From assembly GCA_965248105.1 (NCBI GenBank), contig CBDFIK010000006.1, positions 2,145,926 through 2,209,925 of the forward strand: 64,000 bases of DNA, given 5' to 3'. This DNA is from Bryobacterales bacterium. GTDB lineage: Bacteria; Acidobacteriota; Terriglobia; Bryobacterales; UBA6623. A program made the position numbers and the translations under genes. The notes below the pieces were generated by a model. It was not told the origin of the DNA and ran no database searches. It worked only from the letters and a program-made list of their open reading frames with translations. Each line of letters opens with the position of its first letter. The first letter of the stretch is position 1. Positions 55,852-64,000 of this stretch are shown piece by piece.

Positions 55852-56670
55852 ATGGATATCTCGCCACGCCCGGATAACGACCGCGATAAAAGGCCTGCAG
55901 GAAAGCGTCTCTTCCTGGTGGCTGCGACCATCGCATTGCTATCGGCCGCCCCGTTGTCTCTCGAAGCCGTCTTTGCGGCGCGACGGGCATGGGCGGCGCC
56001 TAGCGTCGCGGTGGCTCAGGCCGTGCCGGCTCAATCAAACAAGCGGGAAGAGCTCGCCAAGAGCATGTTTCTGATAGCCGGTCGCCAGCTGAGGGACCCT
56101 AATTTTCACGAAACCGTCGTCCTGCTTCTCGACTACAGCCGGGAGGGGGCAATGGGCCTAGTCGTGAACCGAGACACAGGGACCAGGCTTTCGACGCTTC
56201 TACCGGAGGCGGAGGCGTTGCGAGGCCGTCAAGACACGCTTTTCATCGGGGGCCCGGTGGCGAGAACCCAAATGTTCATGCTTTTCCGTTCACAGGGCAA
56301 AGCTGAAGGCGCCAAGCACGTCTTTGACGATGTGCATGTGAGTTCCAGTCAAGATCTTCTCGACAACATTCTCGATGCAAGCGAGGAGGAAAGATTGCGG
56401 GTGTATGCCGGATATGCCGGCTGGGCGCCGCGGCAGCTCGAGGGTGAAGTGGCGTCGGGGGCCTGGCACGTCGTCCCGGCCGAGGCCGCCAAGGTCTTTG
56501 ATCCCGATCCGTCACAGGTCTGGCCGAAACTCATCGACGCCACCGAAATGCGCTGGGCCAACGCCGATCGGTTTCACCTCCAACTTGCGTGGATAAACCG
56601 GCCCACCTTGGCCGGATCGACTCATTCCCTACCTCACCTGCTGCCTGCGCGCGTGCGTTTGGGCTGGTGA
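55852..56670 (+). CDS. YqgE/AlgH-family protein with N-terminal hydrophobic extension
   Basis: LRDPNFHETVVLLLDYSREGAMGLVVNR, LFIGGPV, VYAGYAGWAPRQLEGEV. A canonical-length protein would start at M72 (56065). Confidence 0.75.
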   Translation: MDISPRPDNDRDKRPAGKRLFLVAATIALLSAAPLSLEAVFAARRAWAAPSVAVAQAVPAQSNKREELAKSMFLIAGRQLRDPNFHETVVLLLDYSREGAMGLVVNRDTGTRLSTLLPEAEALRGRQDTLFIGGPVARTQMFMLFRSQGKAEGAKHVFDDVHVSSSQDLLDNILDASEEERLRVYAGYAGWAPRQLEGEVASGAWHVVPAEAAKVFDPDPSQVWPKLIDATEMRWANADRFHLQLAWINRPTLAGSTHSLPHLLPARVRLGW

Positions 56671-56712
56671 TGACCACTTGGCTGGTCATAGTGGTCAATA
56701 TAAGCTGGAGGT

Positions 56713-56949
56713 ATGGAAGAAAGGACCATCGCCGCGACGGAATTCAAGGCGCGCTGCCTGCGGTGGCTTGATCGAGTGGCTGAAGAAGGGCATGGCCTGA
56801 TCATCACTAAGCACGGGCGACCTGTCGCTAGACTGGTCCCCATAGAGTCGGTACACAAGCCTTTAGCGGGAAGGTGGGAGGGTCAGGTTAAAGTCGAAGG
56901 GGATGTGGTCTACTTCGACACAAGCTCCGAGTGGGAATCCCTGCGGTGA
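56713..56949 (+). CDS. Phd/YefM-family antitoxin
   Basis: 78 aa. TIAATEFKARCLRWLDRVAEEGHGLIITKHGRPVARLVP. Confidence 0.75.
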   Translation: MEERTIAATEFKARCLRWLDRVAEEGHGLIITKHGRPVARLVPIESVHKPLAGRWEGQVKVEGDVVYFDTSSEWESLR

Positions 56950-56958
56950 CATGTTGCG

Positions 56959-57360
56959 ATGTCGTCATTCCTTTTGGACACACACATCCTGCTATGGTGG
57001 ACCTCGCAGCGTCGCAGGCTGACCAAAGTACAGCGGAACACGCTGGCCGCGGTTCAGGAGCGGGGTGAGTCCGTCGCCATCAGTGCGATCAGTCTATGGG
57101 AGCTGGCGATGATGGCGGAAAGAGGCCGAGTCATCCCGCCCATGCCCCTCGACCTCTGGTTGGCCGAGATAGAGCGCGATCCCGCTATTGCGGTTTTCCC
57201 GCTGAGCGGTAGGATTGCCTACGAGAGCGTCCGGCTGGACGAGGGCTTTCCCAGTGATCTGGCGGACCGGGTGATTGTCGCCACCGCGCGTTGCCACGCG
57301 CTGCAGCTTGTGACCTCCGACAAAAGGATTCGACGCTGGGGTGGCGTCGCGGTCTTGTAG
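56959..57360 (+). CDS. vapC: PIN-domain toxin VapC
   Basis: 133 aa. FLLDTHILLWW...SAISLWELA...DRVIVATA...LVTSD. Confidence 0.8.
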   Translation: MSSFLLDTHILLWWTSQRRRLTKVQRNTLAAVQERGESVAISAISLWELAMMAERGRVIPPMPLDLWLAEIERDPAIAVFPLSGRIAYESVRLDEGFPSDLADRVIVATARCHALQLVTSDKRIRRWGGVAVL

Positions 57361-57383
57361 CGGCGTTCTTTTTCTCCTACCGC

Positions 57384-60212
57384 TCACCCCACCGGCTCTC
57401 CGTCAGTATCGATAAGCCTTATTTCGCCGAAGTCGAGTTCTCGGAGACCGCCTTCGATCTTCGCGCGGTCCCCGACGACGATCCAGACAATGCGACCGGG
57501 TTGCACGACCTTTTCCGCGGCCGCCGAGATGTCGCCTAGTTCCAGACGGGTGATGTTCTCCGCACGACGGACCCATTCGTCTTCCGGCAGACCGAACTCG
57601 ATGATCTCGCTGATCGCTCCCCTGAGCGCGCTTTTGGTTTCCAACAGTCCCGGCAATTTGAGGATTTGATTCTTCTTGGTTTTCTCCAGCTCCTCTTCCG
57701 AGGCAGGCCGCGGCCCGAGGATTCCACGCAGCTCCTTGTCCAACTCGACCATCGATTCTTTTGTCTTGTCGGTCTGCACCGGGGCGGTCACCAGAAACAG
57801 TCTTTGACCCTTCGCGTCGGTCAAGCGACTGCGCGAGCCATAGGACCAATGTTTGTCCTCCCGCAGGTTCATGTTGATTCGCGAAGTGAAGGATCCGCCG
57901 AGGATGCGGTTCATCGACTCGATGGCGAGCCGGTCAGGCGTGTTCAGGGGAGGAGCGATGAGTCCTCCGATGATGGACGACTGCCCGGCGCCGGGCCGAT
58001 CGACGAGATACAGGACGCTTTGCTCGGGGTTACTAACCGCCCCAACGTCTTTCGCCGGCGGTTCAGTGCGATCTTGCCAGCCCTTCAAGTTGCTTTCGAG
58101 CTTGGGGATGATTTCGTCCAGCGTCGTGTCGCCCACGATGATCAGCGTTGCGTTGTCTGGCTGAAACCACGTTTGGTGAAACTTCTCGAGATCCGAACGG
58201 GCGATCGCACGTACGGATGCTTCGGTGCCTGAGCCTGTCAGGGGGTTGCCATAGGCATGGTTCTTTCCGAACAAGATCCCGGGCAACAACCTCCAGCCGA
58301 TCGAGAAGGGGTCGGTCTTTTCCTGTGCGATGCGGGCCAACCGCTGCTTCCGGAGCCGTTCCAGGTCCGATTCCGGGAAGACGGGGTTCAGGATGACATC
58401 CGCGAAGATGGCGAGCGACGGATCGAGGTTTTCCTTGAGCGCCGAGAGCGCAACGACGGAGCTATCAAGGCCGGAAGACGTGCGCAATCTGGCGCCGAGC
58501 TTGGCCAGTTCCTCGCTGATTTCAAGCGATGAACGTGTTGAGGTCCCCTCGTCGAGCATGTCCATGGCGAGACGCGCCAGTCCCGGTGAGGCGAATTGGT
58601 CGGCGGCATAGCCTGCGTCTATCAGCAGCTCGAACTCGACGACCGGCGCCTCGCGCCGCTCGGCCACAACGACTTTTAGACCATTCGAGAGAGTCGCCTT
58701 GCCGAGATCGGGCCACTTGAGCCCGGGAGGCTCAGCGACATCGGGAAGCTTGGAGCGATCAGCGCCTTCCGTTTTACTTGAGAACTCCGGGAAAGGATGA
58801 ACCTCGAGAATGTATACGCCGTCACTGAGCCACCTCTTCGCGGCTTCGTGGAGGTCGTCCGGTGTGGCTCCGGCGATTCGTTCGAGAGTCGTCTTGTAGA
58901 AGTCCGGACGGCCGCCGTAGACTTCGTTCGAGGCGAGAATGTCAGACTTGCCGCCGAACCCACCGATCCTCTCAATGCCTCGAATAAAGCGGGCGCGGTA
59001 TTGTGTCTTCACGCGCCGCACTTCGTCTTCGGTGGGTCCCCCTTTAATGAAGCGATCGAGTTCCTCGTCGAGTGCGGCCTCAATCGTCTCGAGATCAACA
59101 CCAGGCTGAGCGGTGGCCTGGATGTAGAATTGGCCGCCCACAGGGTCGCGGCTGATCGAGGCGGAAATGTCGGTGGCGATTTGGTCTTCGTAGACGAGAC
59201 GCTTATAGAGACGAGAGTTCTTGCCCTGGCCGAGCACGTCGCTGGCTAGGTCGAGGTAGTCTGAGTCGGCACTGCCCCACTCGGGAATGTTCCAGACCTT
59301 GTAAATTCGCGCTTGGGGCACGCGGTCTTCGAGCGTCTGGCGGTGGGAGCCTTTCATCTTGGCGATCCAGGCCTTGTGGCGCGGAACGGGCGGGCCCGAA
59401 GCGATGTCTCCAAAATAGTGCTCGACGCGCTCTTTGACGACGCTCGGATCGACGTCGCCCGCCACGGCAACGATGGCATTCGCGGCACCGTAGTAGTTCT
59501 TGAACCACTCCTGGACGTCTTCGAGCGAAGCGGCGTCAAGATCCTCCATCGAGCCGATTACCGTCCAGGAGTAGGGGTGTCCTTTGGGGTAAGTGTTTTC
59601 GGTGATGAGCTCGTGGACTTTGCCGTAGGGCCGATTCTCCCCCTGCCGCTTTTCGTTTTGGACCACGCCACGTTGCTCGTCGAGCTTGGCCTGATCGATG
59701 GCGCCCAGCATGTGTCCCATGCGGTCGGATTCCATCCACAAGACCAGGTCCAGGGCGGATGTTGGGACGTTTTGGAAATAGTTCGTTCGGTCGGTGCTGG
59801 TGGTACCGTTCATGTCGGTCGCTCCGACCTTTTCGAGTGGCTTGAAGTAGTCGTCGTTGTAGTGTTCGGAGCCGTTGAACATGAGATGTTCAAACAGATG
59901 GGCAAAGCCGGTCTTGCCGGGCTTTTCGTTCTTCGAGCCAACGTGATACCAGACGTTGACAGCGGCGATCGGAGCCTTGTGGTCTTCGTGCACGATCAAC
60001 GTCAACCCGTTGTCGAGGACGAATTTTTCAAAGGGGATCTCTAGATCTTCGGCTTGCATAGACGTTAGGCAGACTAGCGTAGCAAGGACGAGCGCGCATC
60101 GACAGATTTTCGAAGCTAGGTGAAGCCAAAGGAGCATTGACGGCTGCCGAGGCCAGCAAAAGACTCGCGCAATCATATGAGTGCCTCCGGTCTGGGTTTT
60201 CTGCGTTTGCAA
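57384..60212 (-). CDS. M16-family (pitrilysin/insulinase-like) zinc peptidase, double unit
   Basis: 942 aa. Signal/TM segment at the N-terminus (alternative start M13 at 60176). HxxEH motif in FAHLFEHLMFNGS. Confidence 0.88.
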   Translation of the reverse strand: MQTQKTQTGGTHMIARVFCWPRQPSMLLWLHLASKICRCALVLATLVCLTSMQAEDLEIPFEKFVLDNGLTLIVHEDHKAPIAAVNVWYHVGSKNEKPGKTGFAHLFEHLMFNGSEHYNDDYFKPLEKVGATDMNGTTSTDRTNYFQNVPTSALDLVLWMESDRMGHMLGAIDQAKLDEQRGVVQNEKRQGENRPYGKVHELITENTYPKGHPYSWTVIGSMEDLDAASLEDVQEWFKNYYGAANAIVAVAGDVDPSVVKERVEHYFGDIASGPPVPRHKAWIAKMKGSHRQTLEDRVPQARIYKVWNIPEWGSADSDYLDLASDVLGQGKNSRLYKRLVYEDQIATDISASISRDPVGGQFYIQATAQPGVDLETIEAALDEELDRFIKGGPTEDEVRRVKTQYRARFIRGIERIGGFGGKSDILASNEVYGGRPDFYKTTLERIAGATPDDLHEAAKRWLSDGVYILEVHPFPEFSSKTEGADRSKLPDVAEPPGLKWPDLGKATLSNGLKVVVAERREAPVVEFELLIDAGYAADQFASPGLARLAMDMLDEGTSTRSSLEISEELAKLGARLRTSSGLDSSVVALSALKENLDPSLAIFADVILNPVFPESDLERLRKQRLARIAQEKTDPFSIGWRLLPGILFGKNHAYGNPLTGSGTEASVRAIARSDLEKFHQTWFQPDNATLIIVGDTTLDEIIPKLESNLKGWQDRTEPPAKDVGAVSNPEQSVLYLVDRPGAGQSSIIGGLIAPPLNTPDRLAIESMNRILGGSFTSRINMNLREDKHWSYGSRSRLTDAKGQRLFLVTAPVQTDKTKESMVELDKELRGILGPRPASEEELEKTKKNQILKLPGLLETKSALRGAISEIIEFGLPEDEWVRRAENITRLELGDISAAAEKVVQPGRIVWIVVGDRAKIEGGLRELDFGEIRLIDTDGEPVG

Positions 60213-60341
60213 TGGGATCTCCGATACTTAGCCTACAGGTGCTCACTACAAGCGGCAACGCACCGGCTGTGAGATTCGGCACGTTCCCCGGTTCATAAAC
60301 TCCACCCGCTGGTCTCGGTCTCGATCGAATAAGATACGGCT

Positions 60342-62471
60342 ATGGATAAAGCAGAGTGCGGTAAAACGATTCTGCTGGCGGCGGCTTTGCTTGGTGGTTG
60401 CCATACGGGGCAGCAAGTACTTTCTCCGCCGGAGACCAGGATGGAAATGTTGGAAGAGACCCTGCATGGAGTGGCAGTCCTCGACCCCTACCGCTGGCTG
60501 GAGGATGAGTCGAGTCCCGAAACCGAGAGTTGGGTGAGGAAGCAATCAGCCTACTCGCGGAGCGTCCTCGATGCGCTGCCCGGCCGAGGGAGAATCCGTC
60601 AAAGGCTGACGGAAGTGCTGGGCACCGGGTCGGTGACTCGGCCGGAAGAAGCGGCGGGGCGGTACTTTTATTCCAAAAAGCAGGGGGATCAGAACCAGCC
60701 AATCCTGTACGTAAGAAAGGGCATAAACGGTAAGGATCGGGTGCTGATTGATCCCAATGAACTGGGCACGGACGGAACCGTCACGGTGGACTGGTTTTTC
60801 CCTTCCAAGGATGGCCGATTGCTCACCTACGGTATGTCTTCCGGCGGTACGGAGACGAGCGACCTGCACATCCTCGAGGTTGACAGCGGCGCAAGCGTCG
60901 GTAAGCCGATCCCGAAGGTCCGCTGGGCTAACCCACAGTGGCTCAAGGACGGCTCGGGTTTCTACTACACCCGGCCCCGCAAGCTCGAAGGAATCGGTCC
61001 GGGTGAGGAGGTCTACCATCGGCGGGTCTTTTATCACGAGCTGGGCGCGAAGTGGTCTGAGGATAGGCTGATTTACGGCGAGAAGCTGAAGAAGGAAGAA
61101 ATTCCCGACGCAATACTTTCGCCGAACGAACGCTATCTGTTGATAGACGTCTTTATGGGCTGGGGCAAAAACCGCCTTTACGTGAGAGACCTGCGGCGGG
61201 ACAAGATCATCACCATCGCCGATGATGGAGAGTCGAGCTATACGGGGGAGATTGTCGACGACAATCTGTTTGTGCTGACGAACGCAGGCGCTCCGAGATA
61301 CCGAGTCTTCAAGGTGGATCTGAGAAGACCTGGTCGCAAGCAGTGGAAGGAAATCATTGCGGAGAGTGACGATGTGATCGACTTCATGAAAGTGGTCGGC
61401 GGCAAGTTATTTGTCGGCTACCTTCGCGACGCTCATTTGGAATTAGACATTTTCGGGTTGGACGGCCAGCGCGAAGGTGAGGTTGTGTTACCCGAGTTGG
61501 GCACGGTATCCGATTTCGACGGTAAGTCGGATGGGGAAGAGGCATTTTTCGAATTCAGTTCTTTCACTACGCCGCCGACAGTTTACCGCTTGGATCTGAC
61601 GGTTGGTCCCGGCAATCCGGAGTCGCTTCAAGTCTGGAGTCAGCTGGACGCACCGATCGACCCAAGCCAGGTTGAGTCGCGGCAAGTTTTTTATCGCTCG
61701 AAAGACGGGACTCGCATCCCGATGTTCATCATTCGCAAGGAAGGGGTAGGGGAGGACGCCCGCGCTCCGGGCCTGCTCTACGGGTATGGGGGCTTCAACA
61801 TTGCCTTGACTCCGAACTTCCGGGCCTCGTTTTTTCCTTGGCTCGAGAGCGGTGGGGTGTTGGCGATCGCCAATCTCCGTGGGGGCAGCGAATACGGCGA
61901 GGAATGGCATCGAGCGGGTATGCTGGACAAGAAGCAAAACGTTTTTGACGACTTTATCGCTGCCGCCGAGTATCTTGTCGAGCAGCAATACGTCGATCCG
62001 AAAAGGCTCGCCATTCACGGGCGCAGCAACGGGGGGCTGCTTGTCGGGGCGGCGATGACCCAGCGGCCTGATCTTTTTCGAACGGTGATTTGCGGCGTGC
62101 CGTTGCTCGATATGGTTCGCTATCATCGCTTTCGCATGGCGAGGCTGTGGATCTCCGAGTACGGCTCAGCGGAAAACCCGGACGATTTCCAATGGCTCCA
62201 CGCTTACTCGCCGTATCATCGGGTCAGGGATGGCGAGTCGTACCCGGCAACGCTGATCTACACGGGCGCATCAGACTCGCGCGTCGACCCCTTGCACGCT
62301 CGCAAGATGGCCGCACGGCTGCAGGCGGCGAACGCTTCCAAGCATCCTATCGTGCTGCGGGTGGAAACGGGTGCCGGACACGGTCGCGGCAAACCGTTGA
62401 GCAAAACCGTCGAGGAGTGGACGGATATCTGGAGTTTCACTTTCGCTCAGTTGGGAGTTGAGTACGAGTGA
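60342..62471 (+). CDS. Prolyl oligopeptidase (S9A)
   Basis: 709 aa. DPYRWLED, GRSNGGLLVGA (Ser nucleophile). Asp/His region ..YTGASDSRVDPLHARK.. and GAGHG. Confidence 0.9.
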   Translation: MDKAECGKTILLAAALLGGCHTGQQVLSPPETRMEMLEETLHGVAVLDPYRWLEDESSPETESWVRKQSAYSRSVLDALPGRGRIRQRLTEVLGTGSVTRPEEAAGRYFYSKKQGDQNQPILYVRKGINGKDRVLIDPNELGTDGTVTVDWFFPSKDGRLLTYGMSSGGTETSDLHILEVDSGASVGKPIPKVRWANPQWLKDGSGFYYTRPRKLEGIGPGEEVYHRRVFYHELGAKWSEDRLIYGEKLKKEEIPDAILSPNERYLLIDVFMGWGKNRLYVRDLRRDKIITIADDGESSYTGEIVDDNLFVLTNAGAPRYRVFKVDLRRPGRKQWKEIIAESDDVIDFMKVVGGKLFVGYLRDAHLELDIFGLDGQREGEVVLPELGTVSDFDGKSDGEEAFFEFSSFTTPPTVYRLDLTVGPGNPESLQVWSQLDAPIDPSQVESRQVFYRSKDGTRIPMFIIRKEGVGEDARAPGLLYGYGGFNIALTPNFRASFFPWLESGGVLAIANLRGGSEYGEEWHRAGMLDKKQNVFDDFIAAAEYLVEQQYVDPKRLAIHGRSNGGLLVGAAMTQRPDLFRTVICGVPLLDMVRYHRFRMARLWISEYGSAENPDDFQWLHAYSPYHRVRDGESYPATLIYTGASDSRVDPLHARKMAARLQAANASKHPIVLRVETGAGHGRGKPLSKTVEEWTDIWSFTFAQLGVEYE

Positions 62472-62654
62472 TAGGCCATGGCGTGGTGACTCGGAACCGC
62501 GAACGCGAGTGAGTGCCCATGGGCCAGGGTCGTTACGGATGCTTGGCCTGTCACTGGCGTTCCAGGCTCAGTTTCCTACTCTCGCGTACCCTTGCGACGA
62601 GCGAAGCTGAGCCGCGAACGCTGCACTGGTTGCATGATTCTTTCGCAACTAATA

Positions 62655-62926
62655 GAACTAGTTGACGGCCCGAAACTGCATGAGAAAATTTTCCACCAAC
62701 CCGGTTTGGGGAGCGTGGGAACCCGCTTGCTGCACCGAACCGGTAAGATTGTGATTCGGATGTTTGGTGGTCAGATGCTGTGCCCGCCTGCACTCCCGCG
62801 GGAGGAAATGCCACCCCATCCGTCTATGAGGTGGATGGCCGGCAGTTCGTTGTGATCGCGTGCGGCGGTGGAAAGACCGGCGTGCCGTCCGGAGGTTCTT
62901 ACGTCGCGTTTGCGTTGCCCAAGTAG
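62655..62926 (+). pseudogene. PQQ-dependent (glucose/quinate-type) dehydrogenase C-terminal remnant, frameshifted
   Basis: ..LHRTGKIV, then a 1-nt shift, then ..[53 protein letters not shown]-stop. Confidence 0.55.
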
Positions 62927-63120
62927 TCAACTTTGGGCATCTGACAAGCTGTGGCGAAAGTCGGTGGCACAGGACAATGTTGCCGGGACTCTCCGCGGAG
63001 AATAAGCAAACCGGTCGCTTGGGCCCCTGCATGTTACTGCTCGTACATCCTTGCGAGGTCGGTGCTCGACGAATCGAGTTCATTCTTGAGACTCTAGACA
63101 TATGATGAGGTGACGTGAGA

Positions 63121-64000
63121 GTGGCTGAAAGAACGACGCGCGTTTTCCTAGTGGCCTCAGCGACGCTTTTGTGTTGGTTAGGCGCTGCATCCCCTTGCTC
63201 CGCTCAAACGCTGGGGGATCCTGCGGAGGACCTTTCGGCGTTTGGCCAGCCTGAGAGTGAAGCGCCAATGGGCCCTAGTAATGCTCTGGACAAAGAAGAT
63301 TTGGAGATCTACTTGCGGCACCTCTACGCTTGGGCGCCGGAGCTCCAGGTAGAAATCGGGGACTTTGAACCCTCGTCCGTTGATGGTCTTTTGCGAACGA
63401 ATGTGTGGCTCTCCTACAAGCTCCAGTCGCAGGAGAAAGTGTTCTATATTACGAAAGACGGCCGGCAGGTACTCGACGGATCTGCATACGAAATCGCCAA
63501 GAATCCTTTTCAGTCGAACCTGGAAAAAATTACGACTTCCGGTCACCCGGGCTTCGGAACCGCCGGGGCGCCGGTTGTGATCGTTGCCTACAGCGATTTC
63601 CAGTGTCCGTATTGCGCCAAGGAGGCGAAGGTCCTTCGCACTCAGCTAATGGAAAGCTATCCCGAACAAGTTCGGGTCTACTTTCGGGACTACCCTCTAA
63701 AGACGCACAAATGGGCGATGGGTGCGGCGATCGCAGGGCGCTGTATTTACCGAGTCGAGCCGGAGGTGTTTTGGCGCTATCACGACTGGATTTTCGAACA
63801 CCAGAAAGACATCACGCCCGCAAACCTAAAAGACCAGGTCATGGAGTTCGCCGCCGCAGAGGGATTGGATTCGCTGAAACTAGGCCGCTGTATAGATAGC
63901 CGCGAAACGGAAAAGGCCATTCAAGAATCGAAGAAGGAGGGGGCGTCTGTCGGAGTTCGCTCCACACCGACTCTTTTCATTAACGGGCGGCCTCTGACCG
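63121..64000 (+). CDS. DsbA-family thiol:disulfide oxidoreductase, 3' end runs off the window
   Basis: GTG start and signal peptide (..LLCWLGAASPCSA). VVIVAYSDFQCPYCAKE (CPYC active site). ..STPTLFINGRPL. Not in the ORF track because it has no stop inside the window. Confidence 0.75.
   Translation, partial: MAERTTRVFLVASATLLCWLGAASPCSAQTLGDPAEDLSAFGQPESEAPMGPSNALDKEDLEIYLRHLYAWAPELQVEIGDFEPSSVDGLLRTNVWLSYKLQSQEKVFYITKDGRQVLDGSAYEIAKNPFQSNLEKITTSGHPGFGTAGAPVVIVAYSDFQCPYCAKEAKVLRTQLMESYPEQVRVYFRDYPLKTHKWAMGAAIAGRCIYRVEPEVFWRYHDWIFEHQKDITPANLKDQVMEFAAAEGLDSLKLGRCIDSRETEKAIQESKKEGASVGVRSTPTLFINGRPLT

Overview
High-GC bacterial chromosomal window, read by eye only. I found no rRNA, tRNA or CRISPR array.

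**Gene content.** There are about 45 credible protein genes, mostly housekeeping functions or exported hydrolases:
- acetyl-CoA synthetase, a GGDEF-EAL protein, gamma-glutamyltranspeptidase, a class I/II aminotransferase, DinB
- a TIM-barrel isomerase, an MBL hydrolase, a UDG-family protein, a BNR/sialidase-like protein, myo-inositol-1-phosphate synthase
- an Fe(III)-type ABC importer, a DUF1080 protein, an RRM RNA-binding protein, a Ser-type sulfatase, pyruvate kinase
- an operon of two histidine kinases plus a TPR protein, AlgH/YqgE, an M16 peptidase, prolyl oligopeptidase, a DsbA-like protein
- two VapC-type toxin-antitoxin pairs

**Likely host.** An SBBP beta-propeller protein ends in a Solibacter-type (TIGR03437-like) C-terminal domain, and PQQ-system accessory genes are present. 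Both suggest an Acidobacteria-like host, but this is inference.

**Main results.** The window is unusually rich in mobile-DNA scars and gene decay.
1. A 5,205-bp IS1380-family (ISEcp1-like) transposition unit at 16434-21638 splits the SBBP gene. It is flanked by a 5-bp ATAAA target duplication, and removing it restores an in-frame ORF of about 993 codons. Its passenger is an intact bifunctional IPCT/DIPPS gene (CDP-inositol / di-myo-inositol-phosphate-phosphate synthase), translationally coupled to a DUF4202/HD-like gene.
2. A second copy of that two-gene operon, roughly 95% identical, sits next to ino1 at 36.4-38.3 kb. It has lost its start codon and carries a +1 frameshift.
3. A ~3.6-kb AT-richer cassette lies downstream of acs, between ~57-bp direct repeats made of the acs 3' end. 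It encodes a GH19 muramidase-like enzyme plus four coiled-coil/membrane proteins of unknown function. It looks like an island insertion with no recognisable integrase, and it is my best candidate for an undescribed module.

**Other scars.** Two further IS1380 end remnants, an IS110 fragment, a decayed RAYT with REP/REPIN-like palindromes, several GC-rich hairpin clusters, and at least ten pseudogenes.

**Limits.** All family assignments come from motif recognition and memory, not from searches.
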